Part shown: in pieces, positions 54,687 through 62,721 of the stretch | Layout of the letters: each line of letters begins with the position of its first letter | Position numbering within the stretch: the stretch's first letter is position 1 | Origin: Oscillospiraceae bacterium | GTDB lineage: Bacteria; Bacillota; Clostridia; Oscillospirales; Ruminococcaceae | Direction: 5' to 3' | Assembly: GCA_009777445.1 (NCBI GenBank) | Contig: WRLV01000002.1 | Coordinates: 8,256-72,255 of the forward strand | DNA length: 64,000 nt | Made by a program: the position numbers and the translations under genes | Notes under the pieces: model-generated | The model's input: only the letters and a program-made list of their open reading frames with translations | The model's database searches: none | What the model was told of the DNA's origin: nothing

Positions 54687-55814
54687 TTATGATTCATCAT
54701 TTAATAATTCCATAATCTCTTGCTCGGACATTCCGCGTTTTTTTAGTTTTTCAATAATTTCTGTTCGCTCTTCTTCACGACCTTCTTCACGACCCTCTTC
54801 ACGCCCTTTTTCCATGCCTTTTTCCATGCCTTTTTCCATGCCTTTTTTCTCGCCCTCTTCTCGCCCTTTCTTCTCGGCCGAATAAAGTGCCGATTTCTCT
54901 TCTCTGAGCTGAACTTCGCGGGCTTCGACCTCCCTTATAAACTCCATGTTATTATTCAGTCTTTTAACCTCGCCAACCGCCTTCAATATGTTCTTGTTTG
55001 CGGTTCGCCTTAAACCGCTTATGTCTTCCAATTCCCCCAGTTTCTCCTCTGTGTCTGCGCTTATTGCATCAACATCACGCTTTGATATATAAATTTTCTC
55101 GCCGCTGAACTCTTTTGCTTGCGTGAGTAAATTTTTAAGGTGTTCGCAAAAGATAAATTCTGTTGCGTAATGACCGGCATCAATCAGCATGAAGTTGCGA
55201 TTCATCGCTTCGACAAAGTGGTGCCTGCGCACATCGCCTGTAATTAAGCAGTCGGCGTTGCTTTCAATGGCTAAACCCATTAAGTCCGCGCCTGCGCCGG
55301 AGCAGACCGCGACATTCCTCAACTTATCTTTTCCTTTGGTGTAACGTATATTCGCGGTTGCGAAAGCAGTCTTTATTTTTGCTAAAAGTTCATTCTGACT
55401 GAACCCGTCTGACGTTTGGGCGATTAGCCCGTAAGGCCCTAAATTTTGGGCAGTTTCTATTTCCTGTCGGCTGAAACCCAAGCGTTCTAACATAGCCGTT
55501 GCCATTTGTGCCACATCAAAGTTTATATGGGCTGAAATTACGTTTAGAGCGTTTTTGGCAAGTTCGTAAACAACGCTGTCGCTCATAAGCTTTCTCAACG
55601 GGTTGAAGATTACGGGGTGATGAGAGATGATTAAATTCGCGCCTAATTCTATGGCTTCGCTGACTACCGCATGTGTGACATCAAGGCAAAGCAAAACTGA
55701 ATCAACGGGGCAGTTCACATTCCCCACTAAAAAGCCTGAGTTGTCATTATGCCCGTCTTGAAGGCTAAAAGGAGCTATTTGATTAATGAAATTAAAATAA
55801 TCAGATGTTTGCAT
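54687..55814 (-). CDS. Nif3-like dinuclear metal-centre protein (YqfO family) with an atypical charged C-terminal extension
   Basis: NIF3 motifs are LIISHHPVIF and LIDAGHYATE. About 120 extra C-terminal residues end in (GMEK)3GREEGREEG...KRGMSEQEIMELL. The start may be 55814 (MQTSDY) or 55835. Confidence 0.75.
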   Translation of the reverse strand: MQTSDYFNFINQIAPFSLQDGHNDNSGFLVGNVNCPVDSVLLCLDVTHAVVSEAIELGANLIISHHPVIFNPLRKLMSDSVVYELAKNALNVISAHINFDVAQMATAMLERLGFSRQEIETAQNLGPYGLIAQTSDGFSQNELLAKIKTAFATANIRYTKGKDKLRNVAVCSGAGADLMGLAIESNADCLITGDVRRHHFVEAMNRNFMLIDAGHYATEFIFCEHLKNLLTQAKEFSGEKIYISKRDVDAISADTEEKLGELEDISGLRRTANKNILKAVGEVKRLNNNMEFIREVEAREVQLREEKSALYSAEKKGREEGEKKGMEKGMEKGMEKGREEGREEGREEERTEIIEKLKKRGMSEQEIMELLNDES

Positions 55815-57111
55815 TTTTGAGTTCGACCTCCTCAATTACTGTTTTTAATTCAGGGTTTGAGCGTGCCATTTTTTTTAGTTTTGACAGTTGCGATTTTATA
55901 TATAATTTGTCAGTTTGTTTGCCGATGTAAAGAAAATCGGGGGTGACTTCTTGCTTAACACCACTGAATTTTGCGTAAATTATGGTATAATGTTTCTTAT
56001 CATCGTTCACGGCGGTTTCCGACAAAATTTCATAACCGCCATCACAGAGTGCGGCTCTTAACAAATGATGTTTGGTCATGGGCTGTAATATGAATCTTTG
56101 GTTTTTGGTGGGATTGTGCCTTTTTAGAATTTCGGCGATGGTTTCTCCCCCCATTCCGGCTATGATAATGTCCATGTCGTCATAGTGGGGAACGCTGTCT
56201 AACCCATCAGACAAAATAAGCTCTACCCCTTCAACCCCACAAGATTTCATCGTCTCTTTCGCGCCGTCCAATGGCTTTTGGTTTTTATCAGATGCGAAAA
56301 CACATTCCCACCCATTTTGTTTGAGAAAACACGGGACTAATGCGTGGTCAGTTCCGACATCACACACGGGTTTGCCCTTTCGCACAAGTTGCGCTATTGC
56401 CAAAAGACGTTTGCTTAATAATTTTTTTTGAGGAATGTCTAAGAGCGTATGTTTAGGGGAAGAATCAACGGCACAGAATTCTTTGATTACACATTCGCCG
56501 CAACGCGGTCTTTTTGCCGCGCAAACTCTTCTTCCATACCAAACAAGGCGGTGGCAAAACCCCATTCCTTCATCGGGCGGCAATAAATCACTCAACACCT
56601 TTTCGATTTGGTGGGCATTTTTGCCGACAGCAAGCCCTAAGCGATTTGACAGCCTTATTACGTGGGTGTCAACGACTATAGCGGGCTTGTTATAAAGCTC
56701 GCCTATAATTAAGTTAGCGGTTTTTCTCCCCACACCGGGCAGTTTCACAAGCTCACTCAGGGTATCGGGAATTTCCCCACTGTAGTTTGAATCAAGAAGT
56801 TGACACATCATAACAATGTCGCGCGCTTTGCTCTTAAAAAGCCCACAGGTTTTAATCAGTTCACAAACATCATCGACTTGCGCCGCGGCGAAATCAGCAA
56901 TCGATTTATAGCGCGAAAACAGTTCGGGTGTTACCAAGTTTACCCTCTTATCGGTGCATTGCGCAGACAGCCGCGCCGCAATTAAAAGCTCGTGCGGCTG
57001 ACTATAATTGAGTTCACAGTGAACCTCGGGATATAAATTTTTCAAACGCGCGCAAATCCCGGCAACCGCCGCACCACCAACAGATTGTTTATGCCCAGCC
57101 GCAGTCATCAT
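55801..57111 (-). CDS. Fusion protein: endonuclease III (Nth) N-terminal half plus tRNA (adenine22-N1)-methyltransferase TrmK C-terminal half
   Basis: Nth features: LLIAARLSAQCTDKRVN, LPGVGRKTAN, VDTHV and the FeS loop CAAKRPRCGECVIKEFC. TrmK features: LSKRLLAIAQLV...CDVGTDHALVPCFL...IIIAGMGGETI. There is no stop or start codon at the junction. Confidence 0.8.
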   Translation of the reverse strand: MMTAAGHKQSVGGAAVAGICARLKNLYPEVHCELNYSQPHELLIAARLSAQCTDKRVNLVTPELFSRYKSIADFAAAQVDDVCELIKTCGLFKSKARDIVMMCQLLDSNYSGEIPDTLSELVKLPGVGRKTANLIIGELYNKPAIVVDTHVIRLSNRLGLAVGKNAHQIEKVLSDLLPPDEGMGFCHRLVWYGRRVCAAKRPRCGECVIKEFCAVDSSPKHTLLDIPQKKLLSKRLLAIAQLVRKGKPVCDVGTDHALVPCFLKQNGWECVFASDKNQKPLDGAKETMKSCGVEGVELILSDGLDSVPHYDDMDIIIAGMGGETIAEILKRHNPTKNQRFILQPMTKHHLLRAALCDGGYEILSETAVNDDKKHYTIIYAKFSGVKQEVTPDFLYIGKQTDKLYIKSQLSKLKKMARSNPELKTVIEEVELKNANI

Positions 57112-57235
57112 AGTCTTTCCACTTCTCTCTGTTGCATGTCTGCCCCAAACGATAGACCAAAAACGCCGCCGCCGCGACTATGCAGACAAACGCACAGATA
57201 ATCGAGAACACTTTGTTGTTACTTTTTTTCAACAT
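57089..57235 (-). CDS. 48-aa single-pass membrane peptide (hypothetical, below the ORF-track cutoff)
   Basis: RBS GAAGGAGG lies 7 nt upstream of the ATG at 57235. It encodes MLKKSNNKVFSIICAFVCIVAAAAFLVYRLGQTCNREKWKDYDDCGWA and overlaps the nth-trmK start. Confidence 0.45.
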   Translation of the reverse strand: MLKKSNNKVFSIICAFVCIVAAAAFLVYRLGQTCNREKWKDYDDCGWA

Positions 57236-57238
57236 AAT

Positions 57239-57556
57239 TTAACCTCCTTCGTTTACGTTTGACAACTGTTCATTGTCAATTCCGTTATACCATAGTTCTA
57301 TTTCAGATATATCAAGTTCGTCATTCCAAAAAACAGAATAATTTCCATGTTGCACGGCATTAAACAATTTTTCGTCTTTCAATACTTTGAATTGCGGATA
57401 TTCTGCAAAAAGTCTCTTCACATCATATTCACGAGTTTTGTCATTCGCAAATTCAACTAACAAACAAGTTTCCTTAATTGGTTTTACACCAATTATGTCA
57501 ACGTTTGTATCCGGATAAGGTCTATTCATTTCCATTATTTCATCAACACCCATCAA
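57239..57556 (-). CDS. DUF2442-like small protein
   Basis: IIGVKPIKETCLLVEFANDKTREYDVKRLF...WNDELDISEIELWYNG resembles DUF2442. ATGA overlap with the upstream gene. Confidence 0.55.
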   Translation of the reverse strand: MMGVDEIMEMNRPYPDTNVDIIGVKPIKETCLLVEFANDKTREYDVKRLFAEYPQFKVLKDEKLFNAVQHGNYSVFWNDELDISEIELWYNGIDNEQLSNVNEGG

Positions 57557-58644
57557 CCATTCGCCACAAAGTTTATACCATGTATACCATGTTCATAAGC
57601 ATACTCCTCAGCATAACTCCCTCTTGCGCCGTAAATTGTTAAATCCGGGCAACCGTAAAATGCCACATCTCCTATACTTTTTACACTATCAGGAATTGTA
57701 ATGCTCGTCAATCCCGAATGAGCAAATGCTTCATATCCTATACTTTTTACACTGCCAGGAATTGTAATGTTCGTAAGTTCTTCGCACCCGTAAAATGCAC
57801 CAGCTTCTATACTTGTCACGCTATTAGGAATTATTATACTCGTTAATATCGAAGCGTAAAATGCCCATTCGCCTATACTTGTCACACTATTAGGAATTAC
57901 AACACTCGTCAACCCTGTGTAATGAAATGCGCCATCGCCTATACTTGTCACACTGTCGGGAATTATATACTTACCAGTTTTCACGGGAGGATAAGCTATA
58001 ATAGTACTTAAGTCTTTATTGAACAACACTCCGTCAATATCTGTATAATGTTGATTGGCGGTTGAAACTTTTATCTCAGTCAACCCAGAGAAAATAAATG
58101 CCCATTCGCCTATACTCGTCACACTATCGGGGATTGTTATGCTCGTCAACATCTCGCAATAACAAAATGCCAATTCGCCTATACTCGTCACACTATCGGG
58201 AATTATCACGCTCGTAAAGTCACCCTGATAAAATGCATCATCGCCTATCCTCGTCACAGGCATGCCATCAATACTACCCGGAATAATCAATTCACTCGCT
58301 TTGCCGATATACTTTACAATTTCTACTCCACCCGAGCCATCAGAACGGTATTCAAAATCACCTTCATGAGCATACTCAAAATCATCTTCCCAATCATCAG
58401 AATCGTCATTGAAATTATCATCTTCACCCTCAACATCATCACCCCGAACTTCATCGCCGGAACTGTTGTCTTGATTTTGTGTGTCGGGTTGTGGTTTTGC
58501 TGAACTGTTTACTGTCTCGATAATTGTTAAATCAGCCAAATCAGCTAAATCCACAAGCGCGGAATTATTGTTTTGAGCTGAACAGGCGCAAAGGGTTAAT
58601 AAAAGTGCGGTTGTTGTTAAAAATGTAATAAATTTTTTCATCAT
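57553..58644 (-). CDS. BspA-type LRR (LRR_5) lipoprotein, a single-module paralog of the giant protein
   Basis: Lipobox LLTLCAC, an acidic linker, then VIIPDSVTSIGELAFCYCEMLTSITIPDSVTSIGEWAF... units. Confidence 0.85.
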   Translation of the reverse strand: MMKKFITFLTTTALLLTLCACSAQNNNSALVDLADLADLTIIETVNSSAKPQPDTQNQDNSSGDEVRGDDVEGEDDNFNDDSDDWEDDFEYAHEGDFEYRSDGSGGVEIVKYIGKASELIIPGSIDGMPVTRIGDDAFYQGDFTSVIIPDSVTSIGELAFCYCEMLTSITIPDSVTSIGEWAFIFSGLTEIKVSTANQHYTDIDGVLFNKDLSTIIAYPPVKTGKYIIPDSVTSIGDGAFHYTGLTSVVIPNSVTSIGEWAFYASILTSIIIPNSVTSIEAGAFYGCEELTNITIPGSVKSIGYEAFAHSGLTSITIPDSVKSIGDVAFYGCPDLTIYGARGSYAEEYAYEHGIHGINFVANG

Positions 58645-58654
58645 TTTTCTCCCG

Positions 58655-58723
58655 TTAAAACTTTTCAAAAAAATCCACTATAACCGGAATATCTTCTTCC
58701 ATTGCTTGCCATATTTGCTCCAT
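58655..58723 (-). pseudogene. 22-codon remnant of a HepT (DUF86) toxin C-terminus
   Basis: It starts 2 nt after the MNT stop and encodes MEQIWQAMEEDIPVIVDFFEKF, which resembles the ...W..v..DlP.L...i... C-terminus of DUF86 proteins. Confidence 0.35.
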
Positions 58724-58724
58724 G

Positions 58725-59021
58725 TTAAGTTGCCAATCGTTCATAAACATTTACCACCTTGTCAATATTTAATTTGTCCCTTCGCGGCATTGGCAAAGTT
58801 ACCACGTCAACAGGATAATTCAAACTTCTTGAAAGTTCTTCTCTAAACCCCATAACCTTAAATATTGAAGGAGTTGTCGCGCTAAACGTCACTAAAAAAT
58901 CAGCATCAGACCTTTCGGTAGCGTTGCCCGTTGCATATGAGCCGAATAAATCAACCTTTAAAATATTATATTTTTCAGCTAAAGGAACAACAGCTCGACT
59001 TATAACATCTATAGTAAGCAT
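58725..59021 (-). CDS. MNT-type nucleotidyltransferase antitoxin
   Basis: LFGSYATGNATERSDADFLV (GS-x9-DxD). Confidence 0.8.
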   Translation of the reverse strand: MLTIDVISRAVVPLAEKYNILKVDLFGSYATGNATERSDADFLVTFSATTPSIFKVMGFREELSRSLNYPVDVVTLPMPRRDKLNIDKVVNVYERLAT

Positions 59022-59040
59022 AGCACGACCCTCGCATTTT

Positions 59041-59877
59041 TCATTTAATAACTGTCAATTGTCTGTATATTTCCGACCTTTTATGCCCTGTTTGCTTTGC
59101 TGTTAGTTTTGATGCTTCGGCTGTGCTTAAACCTTCGCTCGTCAGCTTTCTCGCGATTTGCACGGCTTCTTTTATGTCGGTTTCGGGGGTGTTTTCGTGT
59201 TTTTTGCCTTCAATCACCAGCACAAATTCACCGCGCGGCTTTTGTGTTTCATAAAACGTTATGAATTCCGATAAGTTGCCCCTCTTAACCTCTTCGTGAA
59301 TTTTAGTTAACTCACGACAAATCGCTATTTGACGTTCCCCCAAAGTCTCGTATAAATCCTTGAGCGTATATTCAAGCTTGTGTGGGGCTTCATAGAAAAT
59401 CAGCGTGTGATTTAAATTTTTTATGGCTTCTAAATGTTCGCGGCGACTTCTTTTTTTAACGCTTAAAAAACCCTCGAACGAAAATCGCTCTGTTGACAAT
59501 CCCGAAAGACACAGGGCGGAGATTAAAGCACACGGCCCCGGAACCACCACAATCTCTATGCCGCACTTGGCACATTCACGCACTAACTCTTCCCCCGGGT
59601 CAGATATGCAGGGCATACCCGCGTCACTTACCATGGCGCAACTCTCGCCCGACTCAATCCGCCTTATAATCTCTTTGCTCTTATGCCTGATATTGTGCTC
59701 GCGGCAGGATAACAGCGGCTTTTTAATATTAAAATGTGTTAAAATTTTCAACGTCACGCGCGTGTCTTCAGCGGCGATGAAGTCAACGTCTTTGAGGGTG
59801 TCAATCGCACGTGGCGATATATCAGACAGATTGCCGATAGGTGTCCCGACTAAATAAAGTTTCATATCATGTTTCAC
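59041..59877 (-). CDS. rsmI: 16S rRNA (cytidine1402-2'-O)-methyltransferase
   Basis: LYLVGTPIGNLSDISPRAIDTLKDVDFIAAEDTRVT and SDAGMPCISDPG. Confidence 0.9.
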   Translation of the reverse strand: MKHDMKLYLVGTPIGNLSDISPRAIDTLKDVDFIAAEDTRVTLKILTHFNIKKPLLSCREHNIRHKSKEIIRRIESGESCAMVSDAGMPCISDPGEELVRECAKCGIEIVVVPGPCALISALCLSGLSTERFSFEGFLSVKKRSRREHLEAIKNLNHTLIFYEAPHKLEYTLKDLYETLGERQIAICRELTKIHEEVKRGNLSEFITFYETQKPRGEFVLVIEGKKHENTPETDIKEAVQIARKLTSEGLSTAEASKLTAKQTGHKRSEIYRQLTVIK

Positions 59878-59944
59878 TTCCCTGTATTATAATTTATTAT
59901 ATCATTGAATATTTGGAAAGTCAAGAATTTTTTATATTTTACTG

Positions 59945-59973
59945 TTGACAATAACTCAAAAATAGGTTATAAT
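59945..59973 (+). promoter_or_regulatory. Consensus promoter of the Sel1-repeat gene
   Basis: TTGACA, a 17-nt spacer, then TATAAT. Confidence 0.65.
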
Positions 59974-60016
59974 AATACCTGTGTATTTATAATTCTCGAA
60001 AGGTGAGGGGTAGAAA

Positions 60017-60850
60017 ATGGAAATTTGGGTATGTAAGAGAGAGGATTGCGGTTACAGAAATATAGGTGAACACACGAGATGTTCAAAGTGTGATACCGAG
60101 AGAGGCGGTAAAAAATCCGCGCCGGGACAATCCAAAACAGACATTGGGCAAATCGAAATACAAGAGATTATTGACAGAGCTGTGAAAGGCGACATCGAAT
60201 GTCAATATAATTTGGCTATTCAATGTGAAGAGGGTAAAACCGTTGAGCAGAATTATGCAACAGCCGCGGCGTGGTATCGCAGTGCCGCCGAACATGGACA
60301 TGCAGATGCGCAGTGCAGTTTGGCTCTCATGTCGCTTGAGGGCAGGGGTATTGAGCAAAGCAACAGCGAGGCGTTTAAATGGTTTACCGAATCAGCACGG
60401 CAGGAAAATGCCGAGGCGCAGCTTAATTTAGGGCTTATGTATGCGAAGAAAACCGCCCCGACACTGTCTCGAACCTCTAACATCGAAGCCTTAAAATGGC
60501 TCAAAGCCGCGGCAGAACAAGGGGCTGAAAAAGCCGAGGACGCGCTTAACGAAGCACGCGCGTTAATAGCAGAAGACAAACAAAAATATCCGGCAATTGA
60601 CGGCAAATGGGGCTGTAAAATAGAGTTCAACGGTGAGACTATATTTGACGGGGTTTATGAGTTTCTCGAAGACCTCACCTACAACTATTCTAATGCCGGC
60701 GGCAATGAAATTACGGGGCATTACGAAAACACAGATAAAGAGCTTATATTCCCGACTGACGAAGAAGAGACAACTCTTGAGTTTAGGCTGAATGACGACT
60801 TGCTTGAAATTCGCGCTGACACTCAATGGCTTTGTTTTTCGAGAGTTTAA
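60017..60850 (+). CDS. Sel1-repeat (TPR-like) protein with an N-terminal zinc ribbon
   Basis: CKREDCGYRN...CSKC, then Sel1 units (AAAWYRSAAEHGHADAQCSLALMSLEGRGIEQSNSEAFKWF...). Confidence 0.8.
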   Translation: MEIWVCKREDCGYRNIGEHTRCSKCDTERGGKKSAPGQSKTDIGQIEIQEIIDRAVKGDIECQYNLAIQCEEGKTVEQNYATAAAWYRSAAEHGHADAQCSLALMSLEGRGIEQSNSEAFKWFTESARQENAEAQLNLGLMYAKKTAPTLSRTSNIEALKWLKAAAEQGAEKAEDALNEARALIAEDKQKYPAIDGKWGCKIEFNGETIFDGVYEFLEDLTYNYSNAGGNEITGHYENTDKELIFPTDEEETTLEFRLNDDLLEIRADTQWLCFSRV

Positions 60851-60878
60851 AAAGTTGCAGAAAGGACATTCTTAAATT

Positions 60879-61901
60879 ATGTTCACAAATAAAACTCTGC
60901 TCATCACAGGTGGAACGGGTTCATTCGGAAATGCCGTTCTCAGACGTTTTTTGAACACCGATATCGGTGAAATTCGCATTTTCTCACGTGATGAAAAAAA
61001 GCAAGACGACATGAGAAATGTCTACCAAAATCCCAAACTTAAATTCCATATCGGTGATGTGCGCAATCAAAAGGCAACTCGTGCCGCTATGGAGGGTGTT
61101 GATTATGTGTTTCAGGCCGCCGCGCTCAAACAAGTTCCCTCGTGTGAGTTTTTTCCGGGAGAAGCCGTGCGCACAAATGTCTTAGGAACTGAAAATGTAG
61201 TGAATGCCGCGGCAGATGCAGGGGTAAAAAAAGTGATTTGCCTGTCTACCGATAAGGCTGTCTATCCCATAAATGCTATGGGAATGTCTAAAGCGCTTAT
61301 GGAAAAGACCGCGCTTGCTAAGACGCGAAGTGCGAAAAACACAACGATTTGCGTAACACGCTACGGCAATGTAATGTGTTCTCGCGGTTCGGTAATACCT
61401 CTTTTTATTAGGCAAATGCGTGAAAACAAGCCGATTACTGTCACTGACCCAAATATGACACGTTTTATGATGAGTCTTGAGAGTGCGGTTGAGCTTGTGC
61501 TTTTTGCGTTTTCTAACGGCAATTCGGGTGATACTTTTATACAGAAAGCACCTGCCGCAACAATACGCTTGTTGGCTGAAACCATGTGTGAGTTGTTTGA
61601 CTACCCGGCTAATATTCGCGAAATCGGAACAAGGCACGGCGAGAAATTATATGAATCGCTGCTCACCAGAGAAGAGCTGTCATGCGCTGAGGATATGGGT
61701 GAGTATTATCGTGTTCCGCTTGACGGGCGCGACTTGAATTACGGGAAGTATTTCTCTAACGGGCAAACAGGCATGGCAGACATAGAAGATTACACCTCCC
61801 ACAACACGCACAGGTTAAATAAAGAAGAGTTAAAAGAATTATTGCTGAAACTCGACTATGTGCAAAAATCGCTTGCAGGGCAGAATCCGGAGGGGTATTA
61901 A
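60879..61901 (+). CDS. UDP-N-acetylglucosamine 4,6-dehydratase/5-epimerase, CapE/FnlA/WbjB family
   Basis: MFTNKTLLITGGTGSFGNAVLRRFL...EIRIFSRDEKKQDDMR...AAALKQVPSCEFFP...LSTDKAVYPINAMGMSKALMEK is near-collinear with S. aureus Cap5E as I recall it. Confidence 0.8.
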   Translation: MFTNKTLLITGGTGSFGNAVLRRFLNTDIGEIRIFSRDEKKQDDMRNVYQNPKLKFHIGDVRNQKATRAAMEGVDYVFQAAALKQVPSCEFFPGEAVRTNVLGTENVVNAAADAGVKKVICLSTDKAVYPINAMGMSKALMEKTALAKTRSAKNTTICVTRYGNVMCSRGSVIPLFIRQMRENKPITVTDPNMTRFMMSLESAVELVLFAFSNGNSGDTFIQKAPAATIRLLAETMCELFDYPANIREIGTRHGEKLYESLLTREELSCAEDMGEYYRVPLDGRDLNYGKYFSNGQTGMADIEDYTSHNTHRLNKEELKELLLKLDYVQKSLAGQNPEGY

Positions 61902-61905
61902 AAGA

Positions 61906-62721
61906 ATGTCTGAAAAAATGAGTAAAATTTTAATCATCGGCGGCACAGGTATGTTAGGACATGCGGCGGCAAGGCATTTGTCGGCGCGCCATGAAGTTTG
62001 GGCAACCTATCGTGGCGATTTTATGCCGCCTTACGGAAAGCCTATCGCGTTTAATGTTCTTGATAGTTTAGATTCATTGCCGAACGGTTTTGATTATGTG
62101 ATTAATTGCGTGGGAGTAATCAAGCCGTATATGGAAAAAGACCCGTTGGGGGCCATTGAGATTAATGCCGCTTTTCCTTGGCGGTTGGCGAATTGGTGCC
62201 GCACAATCGGAGCTAAATTGCTTCACATTTCAACAGACTGTGTGTATTCCGGCAAAAAAGGTGGGTACACAGAGAGCGAGCTTCACGACCCGTTAGATGC
62301 CTACGGAAAATCAAAGTCACTCGGTGAGTGTTCTGACCGCGCTATGGTTCTCAGAACAAGCATAATCGGCGAGGAATTAAGGGGCAACCTAAGTCTTTTA
62401 GAGTGGACACGCTCTAAAGCCGGGCAAACTATTGACGGCTATGTAAACCATATGTGGAACGGTGTAACAACTAACGCGCTGTCTGAAATTTTCGAGCGCG
62501 TAATATCAGACAACCTTTATGAAGTCGGATTGTTTCATCTTCATGCCGCAGATGACATTTGCAAACGCGATATGGTAAAGTTAATAAGTGAACATTATGA
62601 TTTAGGGCTAACCGTGCGTGATGCGCACCCTGAGCCAATTGACCGCACGCTTCGCTCTGAAAAAAGCTTATGCGCAAAACTCAAAATCCCCACTGTTGAG
62701 GAGATGATTAAAGCCATATGA
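61906..62721 (+). CDS. SDR-family nucleotide-sugar reductase (RmlD/CapF-N-domain-like, short form)
   Basis: Rossmann motif ILIIGGTGMLGHA and catalytic YGKSK. About 271 aa. It sits between the CapE-like and CapG-like genes. Confidence 0.65.
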   Translation: MSEKMSKILIIGGTGMLGHAAARHLSARHEVWATYRGDFMPPYGKPIAFNVLDSLDSLPNGFDYVINCVGVIKPYMEKDPLGAIEINAAFPWRLANWCRTIGAKLLHISTDCVYSGKKGGYTESELHDPLDAYGKSKSLGECSDRAMVLRTSIIGEELRGNLSLLEWTRSKAGQTIDGYVNHMWNGVTTNALSEIFERVISDNLYEVGLFHLHAADDICKRDMVKLISEHYDLGLTVRDAHPEPIDRTLRSEKSLCAKLKIPTVEEMIKAI

